Virus record (IMG/VR): IMGVR_UViG_3300025872_000070
Coordinates: 1-55,668 of that record
DNA from: a virus
Taxonomy: Duplodnaviria; Caudoviricetes
Length of the DNA stretch: 55,668 nucleotides
Reading direction: 5' to 3' (one strand)
Shown here: positions 8,683-16,528 of the stretch, piece after piece
Position numbering within the stretch: the first letter of the stretch is position 1
Layout of the letters: each line of letters starts with the position of its first letter
Translations under genes and position numbers: made by a program
Notes under the pieces: model-generated
What the model saw: the letters and a program-made list of their open reading frames with translations, nothing else
Told to the model about the DNA's origin: nothing
Database searches by the model: none

Positions 8683-8714
8683 CAAATGTAATACTAAAAA
8701 ACTGAACCGCCAAA
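8683..8714 (-). promoter_or_regulatory. Bacteroidota housekeeping (-33/-7) promoter
   Basis: Minus strand reads TTTG-N20-TACATTTG, an exact match to TTTG-N19-21-TAnnTTTG, 17 nt before the ATG at 8665. Confidence 0.8.
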
Positions 8715-8718
8715 TTCA

Positions 8719-11091
8719 TTAGGAAATTTTACTAATATTTTCTTCTTTGATAATTTTGATTGTCTTATCAGCCCAATTTGAAACTAATGGATTGTGAGTA
8801 ATCACAAATATTTTTTCGAAATATTCTTTGATTTTTGTGAAGAATTCTGAAACCATTTCTAAATTATCATTAGATATTTTACCAAAAACTTCATCAAACA
8901 CAATAATATTTGCCTTTGGTAGAGAACAAATTTTACTAAGAACCGCCCTTAGAGCTAATGAAGCGATTGTTCGTTCATAACCTGAACCTGAAACCATTAA
9001 CTTTTCAATTTGAGTTTCATTATCAATCATAATAAACTCAACTTCATTTTTATCATTAATCCTAATTTCTAATTTAAAATGCGAACTATCTTGTAAAAGT
9101 CGTTGTAATTCAGAATTTATTATTGGCATCATAGTTCTCATAATACTTTTAGATATACCATTTTTACCAAAAATTTCCAAGTATAGTTTATAAATTTTTT
9201 CTTTTTTTGACTCTTCTTCTATTTTTTTCAATAGATTTATATTAGATTCGATTTTATTTTCTAATGTTTTGATTTCAAAATCATTATTATTCAATAAAGT
9301 TTTATATTTCCCTTTTTCAACTTCTAATTCATCAAGTTTTAGACCTGCTTTTATAATCAAAGTTTCTAATTTATCATTTTCTGAAATTTTGTCTTGGATT
9401 TCGTAATATTTTTTTAAATTATCTTCTAACTTTGTTATTTTAAACTGATTGCTTTCTAAACTTAATTCGTATTTTTCTTTAACAAGTTTATTTTTTTCAT
9501 ACTCATCAAATTCTTTCTTTAATTTCGTAAAACCTTGTTCTTTGCGTGAAATATCCGTCATTAAAGACGTTAGTTCGTCATAACGCTGGTTATAACCAGC
9601 AAGTTCAGATATTTTTGATTGGGTAATTGCCGCATTAACTAACTCAATTCCACAATGTTCACACTTTATTCCACCACTCACGGATTCTTGTAGTTTTTTT
9701 ATATTGTCAATTGACATTTCAACTTGAAGTTGAGTTTTCAAAGTTTCCTGATATTCTTCTTTTATTTTATCGTGTTGGTCTTCATAATAATATGACGATG
9801 GTTCAACTACAAGGACTTCTTTAATCTGTTTTTCAATCCCCTTTTTTTGGTGTTTAAGTTCTTCTAATTCATTTTTAACTTTTTCGGGTTGTAATAAACT
9901 AATTTCCTTATCAATATCGTTATGTTTATTTTTGAGTAGATTGTCTCTGTATTGTTGACCTTTTATTATTCTTTCTTGAACTTCAACGATTTTTGTGTTT
10001 AATTCATTGTTGTTTTTTTTCAAACTATCAACTTTAACTTTTGAATCCTCAATTTCATTTTTTAATTGTTCAGTATTGTATACGTTAGACATCATTGATT
10101 TTGAAAAATCAGAATAAATTTCTTTACCAGTTTCTTCTTTTAGTTTCAAAAAGTCCAAACCCATAAATCTGCTTAATACCTGACCTCGAGCTGTTGGTTT
10201 TGAATCTATTAAATCTTCCAAATTTGATGCGGTAGTTAGAATAGTCATTAAAAAATCTTCTTTTGTTCCTATAGAAGATTTTAAGAAATTTTCAGTTTCC
10301 CTTCTTTGTTCTCCTGTAAAATTTTGTAATGAACCATCCGCAAGTTTTTTGAAAAAATCCAATTCTGTTTTAACATTCCATTCACCACTTTTACTTTTTT
10401 TCCTTTCAATTTGTCTAACAATGACGTAAGTTTCTCCGTCAATTAATATTTCACCCTTAACATTGACCTTATCATAATTTGTAAACCTATTAAAAATTTC
10501 TTCAGCTTTTGTGGTTTTAGTTGTTTCATTAAAGAACAAAAAAAGTAGTAAATCAACGGTAAGTACTGATTTACCCCCAAAATTAGGAGGATTGGATTCA
10601 ACCGCAACTATACCATCATATGAATCAAAGTTTAATTTTTGATTTTGACCATAAGAAAGAAAGTTGGAAAATTCAATATTTTTGATATACCATTTTTTGA
10701 ATGGTGTTGTTTCTTGTTGGTTAGTAATCAGTTTTGTATTTACCGACTCATCAATTTTTAAAATATCATCTAAATGATTCAGAGAAGATTTTGTTTCCAA
10801 ATATTTTTTTATCAATTCTAATTGATAGTTTTTATCTAAAATATTGAATGTTATTTCAACATTTTGAATAGTTTGGTTTTCTTCTTGTTTTGATTTAGTA
10901 ATTACATTAACGTTTTGACTATTGTATTTTTTTTGAAAATAAGTTCTAATACTTTTAATTTTTTCTTGGGTAAAATTTTGGGAAAAATCCTCCCAAACCA
11001 CTTGAATAAATGGATTATCTAAATCTAGGTTTTTTAAATTTTTATGCATTATTTTAAAATTATAGTCCGGTTCAGGATTGAATAGGTCCAT
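8719..11091 (-). CDS. Rad50/SbcC (T4 gp46-like) SMC ATPase with ~130-aa N-terminal extension
   Basis: IKNIEFSNFLSYG, Walker A variant NPPNFGGKS, coiled coils with CEHC zinc hook, signature SGSGYE, Walker B IVFDEVFG, VITH switch. Confidence 0.92.
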   Translation of the reverse strand: MDLFNPEPDYNFKIMHKNLKNLDLDNPFIQVVWEDFSQNFTQEKIKSIRTYFQKKYNSQNVNVITKSKQEENQTIQNVEITFNILDKNYQLELIKKYLETKSSLNHLDDILKIDESVNTKLITNQQETTPFKKWYIKNIEFSNFLSYGQNQKLNFDSYDGIVAVESNPPNFGGKSVLTVDLLLFLFFNETTKTTKAEEIFNRFTNYDKVNVKGEILIDGETYVIVRQIERKKSKSGEWNVKTELDFFKKLADGSLQNFTGEQRRETENFLKSSIGTKEDFLMTILTTASNLEDLIDSKPTARGQVLSRFMGLDFLKLKEETGKEIYSDFSKSMMSNVYNTEQLKNEIEDSKVKVDSLKKNNNELNTKIVEVQERIIKGQQYRDNLLKNKHNDIDKEISLLQPEKVKNELEELKHQKKGIEKQIKEVLVVEPSSYYYEDQHDKIKEEYQETLKTQLQVEMSIDNIKKLQESVSGGIKCEHCGIELVNAAITQSKISELAGYNQRYDELTSLMTDISRKEQGFTKLKKEFDEYEKNKLVKEKYELSLESNQFKITKLEDNLKKYYEIQDKISENDKLETLIIKAGLKLDELEVEKGKYKTLLNNNDFEIKTLENKIESNINLLKKIEEESKKEKIYKLYLEIFGKNGISKSIMRTMMPIINSELQRLLQDSSHFKLEIRINDKNEVEFIMIDNETQIEKLMVSGSGYERTIASLALRAVLSKICSLPKANIIVFDEVFGKISNDNLEMVSEFFTKIKEYFEKIFVITHNPLVSNWADKTIKIIKEENISKIS

Positions 11092-11303
11092 TAACTTGTT
11101 GTTTCTCCGCTTTCAGATTGTATCTGAATAGTTTCTACTTCTGAAAGATTAGTTTCAGTTTCTGCAGAATATTTTTCTTTAAGCTCCTTAATTTTTTCAT
11201 CAAGTAACTTTGTGTATAATTTCTGTAGTCTAGTTTTTTGATGTTCAATTTTTTGATTTCTTGCTTGAACTTTTTTTCTGTGTTCTTTTTTTGCTTTACC
11301 CAT
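11091..11303 (-). CDS. hypothetical protein (basic N-terminus, acidic C-terminus)
   Basis: 70-aa ORF, TAATG coupling to the Rad50 gene. Confidence 0.65.
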   Translation of the reverse strand: MGKAKKEHRKKVQARNQKIEHQKTRLQKLYTKLLDEKIKELKEKYSAETETNLSEVETIQIQSESGETTS

Positions 11304-11314
11304 TTTATATATTT

Positions 11315-11479
11315 TTAATATTCTTTTTCTTCAATAATTTTTATCAAATTTACTGAGGTAATACTAGTATAACCATTTTGGTTTTCATAGATAAATTTAG
11401 AACCACCCCAAAAATGTTTATCTTCAATTAAAACCCCTTTTTCGACCACTTCATTTACAATTGCTTTGATATTTTTCAT
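11315..11479 (-). CDS. hypothetical protein (54 aa, absent from ORF track)
   Basis: Hand translation MKNIKAIVNEVVEKGVLIEDKHFWGGSKFIYENQNGYTSITSVNLIKIIEEKEY; TAATG overlap with upstream gene; fills the gap. Confidence 0.6.
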   Translation of the reverse strand: MKNIKAIVNEVVEKGVLIEDKHFWGGSKFIYENQNGYTSITSVNLIKIIEEKEY

Positions 11480-11853
11480 TAGTTGGACCTTGGTCTATTT
11501 TCTTCAAACCATTCAATTACTGAATTAATTGCCCATACACTTCCTGATGATATAATACCATCAAAGAACCAAGAAAAATGTGGTGTAAATCCAAGAATTT
11601 CGTGAGATGGTGACCAAACAATTAAACTAAGAAAAAATCCGCCCCAAACACTAAAACACATCGCGCAAGATATCATATCTGACATAAATTCACCCAAAAA
11701 ACCAAATGGGTATACGTAACCTGTTACTTGTGATTTCAAAGCCCATTTTTTTAAAAAGTTTCGGAATGGTAAAAATATACTTCCGTAAACCATAATGTTC
11801 ATTAGCCCATAGCTCATAATAATCCAAGTAATAAGTTGTGTTGTCATATTCAT
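11479..11853 (-). CDS. DUF1360-like membrane protein
   Basis: Hydrophobic protein with IFLPFR and ISCAMCFSVW (CxxCxSxW) motifs. Confidence 0.6.
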   Translation of the reverse strand: MNMTTQLITWIIMSYGLMNIMVYGSIFLPFRNFLKKWALKSQVTGYVYPFGFLGEFMSDMISCAMCFSVWGGFFLSLIVWSPSHEILGFTPHFSWFFDGIISSGSVWAINSVIEWFEENRPRSN

Positions 11854-12620
11854 AAGTTTTCATTTAAGTTAGAACCTCTCATATAAACTGCACCTGAGTT
11901 TCTATTTAAAATTTCCAACTGATTTATTTTACCCATCAATTCTTTTATTCTATCGTCCTTCAAATTTAGTTCTTTTTTTAGATTCTGTAAAGTAACCTCA
12001 AGTAATTTTGACTTGTCATTTGGTTTTTCAACTTCTTTTATAACTTCTTTTTCAATAATTTTCTCAACTGGTACCTCTACAATAATTTGTTTTTCAACAA
12101 TTTTTTCAATTTCTTTAATGACTTCTATTGGTTTTTCAACAATTTTTTCAACTTCTTTTATAACTTCTATTGGTTTTTCAACAATTTTTTCAACTTCTTT
12201 AATGACTTCTACTGGTTTTTCAACAATTTTTTCAATAATAGTTGGTTCTGAATTGTCGTAAATATTAACAATTTTTTCGACAGGAATTTCTTTAATAACC
12301 TCTCTATCAATATATTTTATAACTTCAACTGGTGGTGACGGAACTTCTTTGATGACTTCAACAATTTTGTCAACCTCTTTTATTACATCAACAGGAACTT
12401 CTTTAATGACTTCAACAATTTTTTCAACTTCAATAGGTACCTCAACTATTTTTTCTTGAATTTCGATAGTTTTTTCAGATTCAACGCCCAACAATCCGTA
12501 CTTTTTAATGTCAAATCCTTGTTTGAAACAATCTTGAATAAATTTATTGATATCTATTATTCCGTTGACTCTACAATAATCATAAATTTCTTTATTATTT
12601 TTAATTTCAACGGAATACAT
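11850..12620 (-). CDS. articulin/alveolin-like repeat protein with C-terminal coiled coil
   Basis: Most of the 256 aa are EKIVEVPIEV / EVIKEVEKIVEKP repeats. Confidence 0.75.
   Translation of the reverse strand: MYSVEIKNNKEIYDYCRVNGIIDINKFIQDCFKQGFDIKKYGLLGVESEKTIEIQEKIVEVPIEVEKIVEVIKEVPVDVIKEVDKIVEVIKEVPSPPVEVIKYIDREVIKEIPVEKIVNIYDNSEPTIIEKIVEKPVEVIKEVEKIVEKPIEVIKEVEKIVEKPIEVIKEIEKIVEKQIIVEVPVEKIIEKEVIKEVEKPNDKSKLLEVTLQNLKKELNLKDDRIKELMGKINQLEILNRNSGAVYMRGSNLNENL
12021..12456 (-). repeat. coding tandem repeat, 42-nt core period (KPIEVIKEVEKIVE)
   Basis: Three near-identical 14-aa units around 12095-12236 plus degenerate flanks. Confidence 0.85.
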
Positions 12621-12621
12621 A

Positions 12622-13509
12622 TTAAAAACAACTTAAATATCGTTCACCCCGGTCACATAACATTGTAATAACATTATTTTTACCAGTTTCTTTACAATAT
12701 ATTAACGAAGCTAAAACGTTAGCCCCAGTACTAACCCCACAAAATAAACCAAATTCATTTGAAATTCTCAACATCATTTTGGTCGCTTCTTCTGTTGAGA
12801 TAGTGATAATTTTATTAACAAAAGAAAGGTCAACCATAAATTTAGAACCATCACCAATTCCTTGTATTCCGTGAAGGCCAGGTTGTCCACCACTCATAAC
12901 AGGAGATTCACTTGGTTCCACCGCTACAATATCCATTTCAATAAATTGTTCTTTCAAAACTTTTCCAGCCCCCATTAACGTTCCACCAGTTCCAGTACCA
13001 AGTATAAATGCCGATGGGATAAAACAATTTTGTTTCGATTGATAAATTAATTCAACACCGGTACCTTCATAATGTGATGATAAATTCATTTCATTTTTAA
13101 ATTGATTAGTGTTATACCAACCATTTTTTTCTGATAACTCGTCTCTTAATTTTATCGCCCCATCAAAATCACCAGGATTTACTTCTATTAAATCCGCACC
13201 ATAAGATTTGAGTATCTTTTTTCTTTCTTCACTCATATTTGAAGGCATCACAATCACACATTTCAATCCAATTTGAGATGCAAACATAGCTAAAGAAATA
13301 CCCGCGTTTCCACTTGTTGCCTCGACAACCGTATCGCCCTTTTTGAGAAGATTAGAGTCAAATCCATATCTCAAAATATTATAGATTGGTCTATCTTTTA
13401 CGGAGCCAGACGGATTTAAAAATTCGGCTTTTCCCCAAATATCAAAACCATCGATGTTTAATTTATATAATGGTGTGTTACCAATCCGGGTTGTAATTCC
13501 TAAGTTCAT
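12622..13509 (-). CDS. cysK: cysteine synthase (O-acetylserine sulfhydrylase), auxiliary metabolic gene
   Basis: IGNTPL, PLP-lysine motif KAEFLNPSGSVKDR, VEATSGNAG, GTGTGGT, HGIQGIG, CDRGERYLS. Confidence 0.92.
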   Translation of the reverse strand: MNLGITTRIGNTPLYKLNIDGFDIWGKAEFLNPSGSVKDRPIYNILRYGFDSNLLKKGDTVVEATSGNAGISLAMFASQIGLKCVIVMPSNMSEERKKILKSYGADLIEVNPGDFDGAIKLRDELSEKNGWYNTNQFKNEMNLSSHYEGTGVELIYQSKQNCFIPSAFILGTGTGGTLMGAGKVLKEQFIEMDIVAVEPSESPVMSGGQPGLHGIQGIGDGSKFMVDLSFVNKIITISTEEATKMMLRISNEFGLFCGVSTGANVLASLIYCKETGKNNVITMLCDRGERYLSCF

Positions 13510-13529
13510 TTAATTTAATTTTTTTTAAG

Positions 13530-13564
13530 TTTATTGGTTTAAATAAAGATTTTAAACCAATAAA
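13530..13564. other. 14-bp perfect inverted repeat upstream of cysK
   Basis: TTTATTGGTTTAAA-7nt-TTTAAACCAATAAA; overlaps a TATTTATT motif at 13559-13566. Confidence 0.7.
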
Positions 13565-13572
13565 TACTTTTT

Positions 13573-13800
13573 TCAAGAAAAATTCACCAACTTTTCGGAC
13601 CCTTTTTCTAAATCGTCAAATGAATTTATTTTGAAAGACAAAAAAGGTTTTGGGTTGTGTAAATCAACGAATGAGTACTCATCAGTTGTTAAATCATAAA
13701 TTCCGAACCCGTGTTTAACAACATTTTCTCCATAACCTTGTTGAATTGTTGACCCAATTTGAATTATTGGTATCTTTTTTTTTATTTTAATTCTTCCCAT
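13573..13800 (-). CDS. Mre11/SbcD (gp47-like) nuclease, second fragment
   Basis: IQIGSTIQQGYGE..KHGFGIYDL..YSFVDL matches the Y.GS..Q..FGE...G segment that follows GHIH in SbcD/Mre11 phosphoesterases. Confidence 0.8.
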   Translation of the reverse strand: MGRIKIKKKIPIIQIGSTIQQGYGENVVKHGFGIYDLTTDEYSFVDLHNPKPFLSFKINSFDDLEKGSEKLVNFS

Positions 13801-14702
13801 AATTTTAACATTTTCTCTTTAATTTTTTCTTTATTTTTTTTAACCTCAGAACCCCAAAATCTAATTATACGAAATCCTTTTGAATTTGCAAAGTTTTCTT
13901 TTAATTTATCATTTTCATTAATTTGTTTTTGAAAATCACTAAGGTTTTTAAAAATATTTTCATTACCATGCCAATAATCACCATCAATTTCTATCAGAAT
14001 ATCAGTATCCAAAATAAAAAAATCATATTCTCTGAACCAAAAATTAATTTTTTCTTTATCATAAATTCTATATTTCATCTGAAATGGTATTCCAATTTCT
14101 ATTAAAATACTTTCAAATATTTTTTCAATATCTGTTTTTTTATTGTAAAAATGAGTATAATCTATTAACATTTGAACCGCAGATTTTCCATAAATTTGAA
14201 GTGTAGTTTTATCACATTTGCGTTCACCATAATTACCCATCCAATTGTGTTTAACTCCGTATTTTTCAATCATAGTTTTTTTTCGTTTTTCTTTTGACTT
14301 ATCATCACAACCAGGATAAAAACCATTTTTTTTGAAAAAAATTAAGTGTGAGTTTTTTATTTTTAATCTATATTCTTCATTTTGCCAATTTTTTTTTGAC
14401 ACCCTACTACGTTGTTTTTTCCATTCGTCGGTATGTTTTTTACCCCAACTTGGATTAGATTCACCCGAATATATAATTTTTTGATGATTGTCCTTACATT
14501 CCCTACGACAATATTTCCCCCCACCATCTTTAATTTTTGATGGTAAAATTAAAAATTTATTCCCACAATATTGACAAATTGATTCAACTCTTTCAGTTTT
14601 TTGTATTTTATATGAGTTATGTTGACATTCAACAGAACAATATTTTTGTTTTTTATTTTTTGTTGGATAAGATTTATTACACATTTGACACTCTTTCTCC
14701 AT
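13782..14702 (-). CDS. Vsr/DUF559-like (EDxHD-type) homing endonuclease
   Basis: Two CxxC..YCxxxC fingers, NUMOD3-like GESNPSWGKKHT, C-terminal TDIE..YDF..IEIDGDYWH..ND..K...GFRIIRFW. Confidence 0.8.
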   Translation of the reverse strand: MEKECQMCNKSYPTKNKKQKYCSVECQHNSYKIQKTERVESICQYCGNKFLILPSKIKDGGGKYCRRECKDNHQKIIYSGESNPSWGKKHTDEWKKQRSRVSKKNWQNEEYRLKIKNSHLIFFKKNGFYPGCDDKSKEKRKKTMIEKYGVKHNWMGNYGERKCDKTTLQIYGKSAVQMLIDYTHFYNKKTDIEKIFESILIEIGIPFQMKYRIYDKEKINFWFREYDFFILDTDILIEIDGDYWHGNENIFKNLSDFQKQINENDKLKENFANSKGFRIIRFWGSEVKKNKEKIKEKMLKLWEELK

Positions 14703-14754
14703 AACTTAGTTCTTTTACTATATATATCTATAATCCAACAAAACTTAAGAGAAA

Positions 14755-15399
14755 TTATATTTTTTCCCACCCTTTTTTTGAGTAAGTTTCAAATAGTTCT
14801 TCATCAATTTCGATAATTGATTCCGTATAAATAATTTGACGCTTATGAATATCACCACACAAAACTATTTCTAATCCTTTGAACTTTTCCATATCATAAG
14901 CTTCGTGTCCAAAATCAAAACCCAAATCAGTTTTTAACCCCTGAATAGGTCCGTGGAATAAACCAATCTTGAAACCTTTAGCGTCAATAATGTCGGGAGG
15001 AATGTTTCCTTGAAATTGTGAATAAACACACCAAGAAATATTTTCATCTTCATAAATCCCCCTGTCTTTATAATAAACTATCTCTGAATTATTCATAGAT
15101 GTGATAATTGGAGATAATGTATCTAATCTATTTAGATTGTTTATAAGTGCGTCGTGATTACCAGGTATTAGAATGGTTTTGGTTATTTTAGAACATTCGG
15201 TAAGTATCCAAACCACCATTTCTATAAGTTCTGGTGTTACTTGGTTTTTACTATGAACCAAATCACCTGTAAAAACTATCCTATCAGGTTTAATCTCCTG
15301 AAATCGTAGTATCATATCACTCAGAATATTACGATAAAGGTCGTGGTCTTTGAACAACCTCAAATGTAAATCAGAAAAATGAACAATTTTGTTAATCAT
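14755..15399 (-). CDS. Mre11/SbcD (gp47-like) metallophosphoesterase, N-terminal fragment
   Basis: Motifs HFSDLH, TGDLVH, PGNHD, LFHG, GDIHKRQ; ends about 25 aa after motif V. Confidence 0.88.
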   Translation of the reverse strand: MINKIVHFSDLHLRLFKDHDLYRNILSDMILRFQEIKPDRIVFTGDLVHSKNQVTPELIEMVVWILTECSKITKTILIPGNHDALINNLNRLDTLSPIITSMNNSEIVYYKDRGIYEDENISWCVYSQFQGNIPPDIIDAKGFKIGLFHGPIQGLKTDLGFDFGHEAYDMEKFKGLEIVLCGDIHKRQIIYTESIIEIDEELFETYSKKGWEKI

Positions 15400-15628
15400 T
15401 TGAAGAACTATCTTCTAAATTATCAAATAAATCAAATTCTTCATTAACGTGACCACAACTTTCACACATATAAGTTGGAAATGGTACTATTGTATCAGTT
15501 GAACTTCCTGTCATTAATTTTGACACTTTTTTAATAAGTGTTACTTCTTTGAAGTATTTTTTCCCACAACTTTCACAAACTACGGTTGGTTGGTTTCGTA
15601 AATCTACTTTTGGTGATAAATTTTCCAT
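15392..15628 (-). CDS. zinc-ribbon protein
   Basis: CESCG...CESCGHVN. Confidence 0.75.
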   Translation of the reverse strand: MENLSPKVDLRNQPTVVCESCGKKYFKEVTLIKKVSKLMTGSSTDTIVPFPTYMCESCGHVNEEFDLFDNLEDSSSND

Positions 15629-15641
15629 AATATTTTTGTAA

Positions 15642-15673
15642 CAATTATAATTTAAATTTATTATTAAATCAAT
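15642..15673 (-). promoter_or_regulatory. possible Bacteroidota-type promoter
   Basis: Minus strand ATTG-N20-TATAATTG, one mismatch in each box, 13 nt before the ATG at 15628. Confidence 0.45.
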
Positions 15674-16528
15674 TTATTTGACATACATCTCAATACTCAT
15701 ACGAAGAGTTGTATCAATTACTTCTTTGGGAACTCTGAATTCCTCGTATTCTCCACTTTCTTTTAGTAGAACTATAATACACCCAAACAACCTTAGGTTT
15801 TCGTATTTGGTTCCTTCTAACATTTTTAATAATAACTTACCATACAACGGAAGTTGAACGAAATAGTGTCCTAAAGAATTGTTTGGAAGTTTTTGGTATG
15901 GTTCAAACATCCTTTCGGTAAATTGATTTTCTTCAAAGTTTTTTGGTTTGTTACTTTTCCAATCCGTTATAACAAATCCAACTTCGTCATTATGATTTTT
16001 AACTAACCAAACTTTGTCAGGTTGACCGGTATATCCTAAACCAGGATGACCTAAAACTATTTCAGTATCTAATATTTCCAAATTTCTTTCTTTCATTAAT
16101 GAAAGATACTTTTCACCAGCACTAATCATAGAATCACTCTTTAATATTTGGGTGAAGTCACATTCGAATATCGGTTGACGAACTTCTTTTCCTAAATCAA
16201 ATATTTCACAAGTTTTCTTTTCTAAAAAGTAATGAACCCTTGACCCCATATTGGTAGAATAGGTTCCTGCCTTTGACCACTCTTGAAGAAGTTTTGTCTT
16301 AACTTCAGGGTTACCATTAGCCTTTTTATTAGCAATTTCTTCAGCGGGGAACTCTTTGTAGAATTTTTTTAAAACCTTACTTACAGATGGATAGTTACTT
16401 CTCATATTTCCATCCTCATCTCTCATATGGTAAATGTGGTCTTCCTCGACAAATGTTATGTCAAGTTCTTTTCGTCTGTTTTCCAAAACGTTTCGAATAT
16501 CTTTTGCTATTTCTTTTAAATCACTCAT
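15674..16528 (-). CDS. PD-(D/E)XK (Cas4/RecB-like) exonuclease
   Basis: YPSVSKVL, GSRVH, E..GQPD, ITDWKS, QLPLY. Confidence 0.8.
   Translation of the reverse strand: MSDLKEIAKDIRNVLENRRKELDITFVEEDHIYHMRDEDGNMRSNYPSVSKVLKKFYKEFPAEEIANKKANGNPEVKTKLLQEWSKAGTYSTNMGSRVHYFLEKKTCEIFDLGKEVRQPIFECDFTQILKSDSMISAGEKYLSLMKERNLEILDTEIVLGHPGLGYTGQPDKVWLVKNHNDEVGFVITDWKSNKPKNFEENQFTERMFEPYQKLPNNSLGHYFVQLPLYGKLLLKMLEGTKYENLRLFGCIIVLLKESGEYEEFRVPKEVIDTTLRMSIEMYVK

Noticed and set aside
14703-14754. Group I intron interrupting the Mre11 gene
   Set aside because: Only 52 non-coding nt on one side and an ORF overlap on the other; no P7-like core sequences seen
14549-14770. 73-aa ORF in the -1 frame at the end of Mre11-N
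   Set aside because: Overlaps the endonuclease out of frame and has no recognisable content; treated as a remnant of the junction
13573-14830. Split intein or ribosomal bypass joining the Mre11 halves
   Set aside because: Tags are too short and lack intein motifs; the gap of about 950 nt is far longer than the 50-nt T4 gene 60 bypass
15674-16528. Cas4 as part of a CRISPR system
   Set aside because: Stand-alone PD-(D/E)XK nuclease next to primase, no Fe-S Cys cluster, no array
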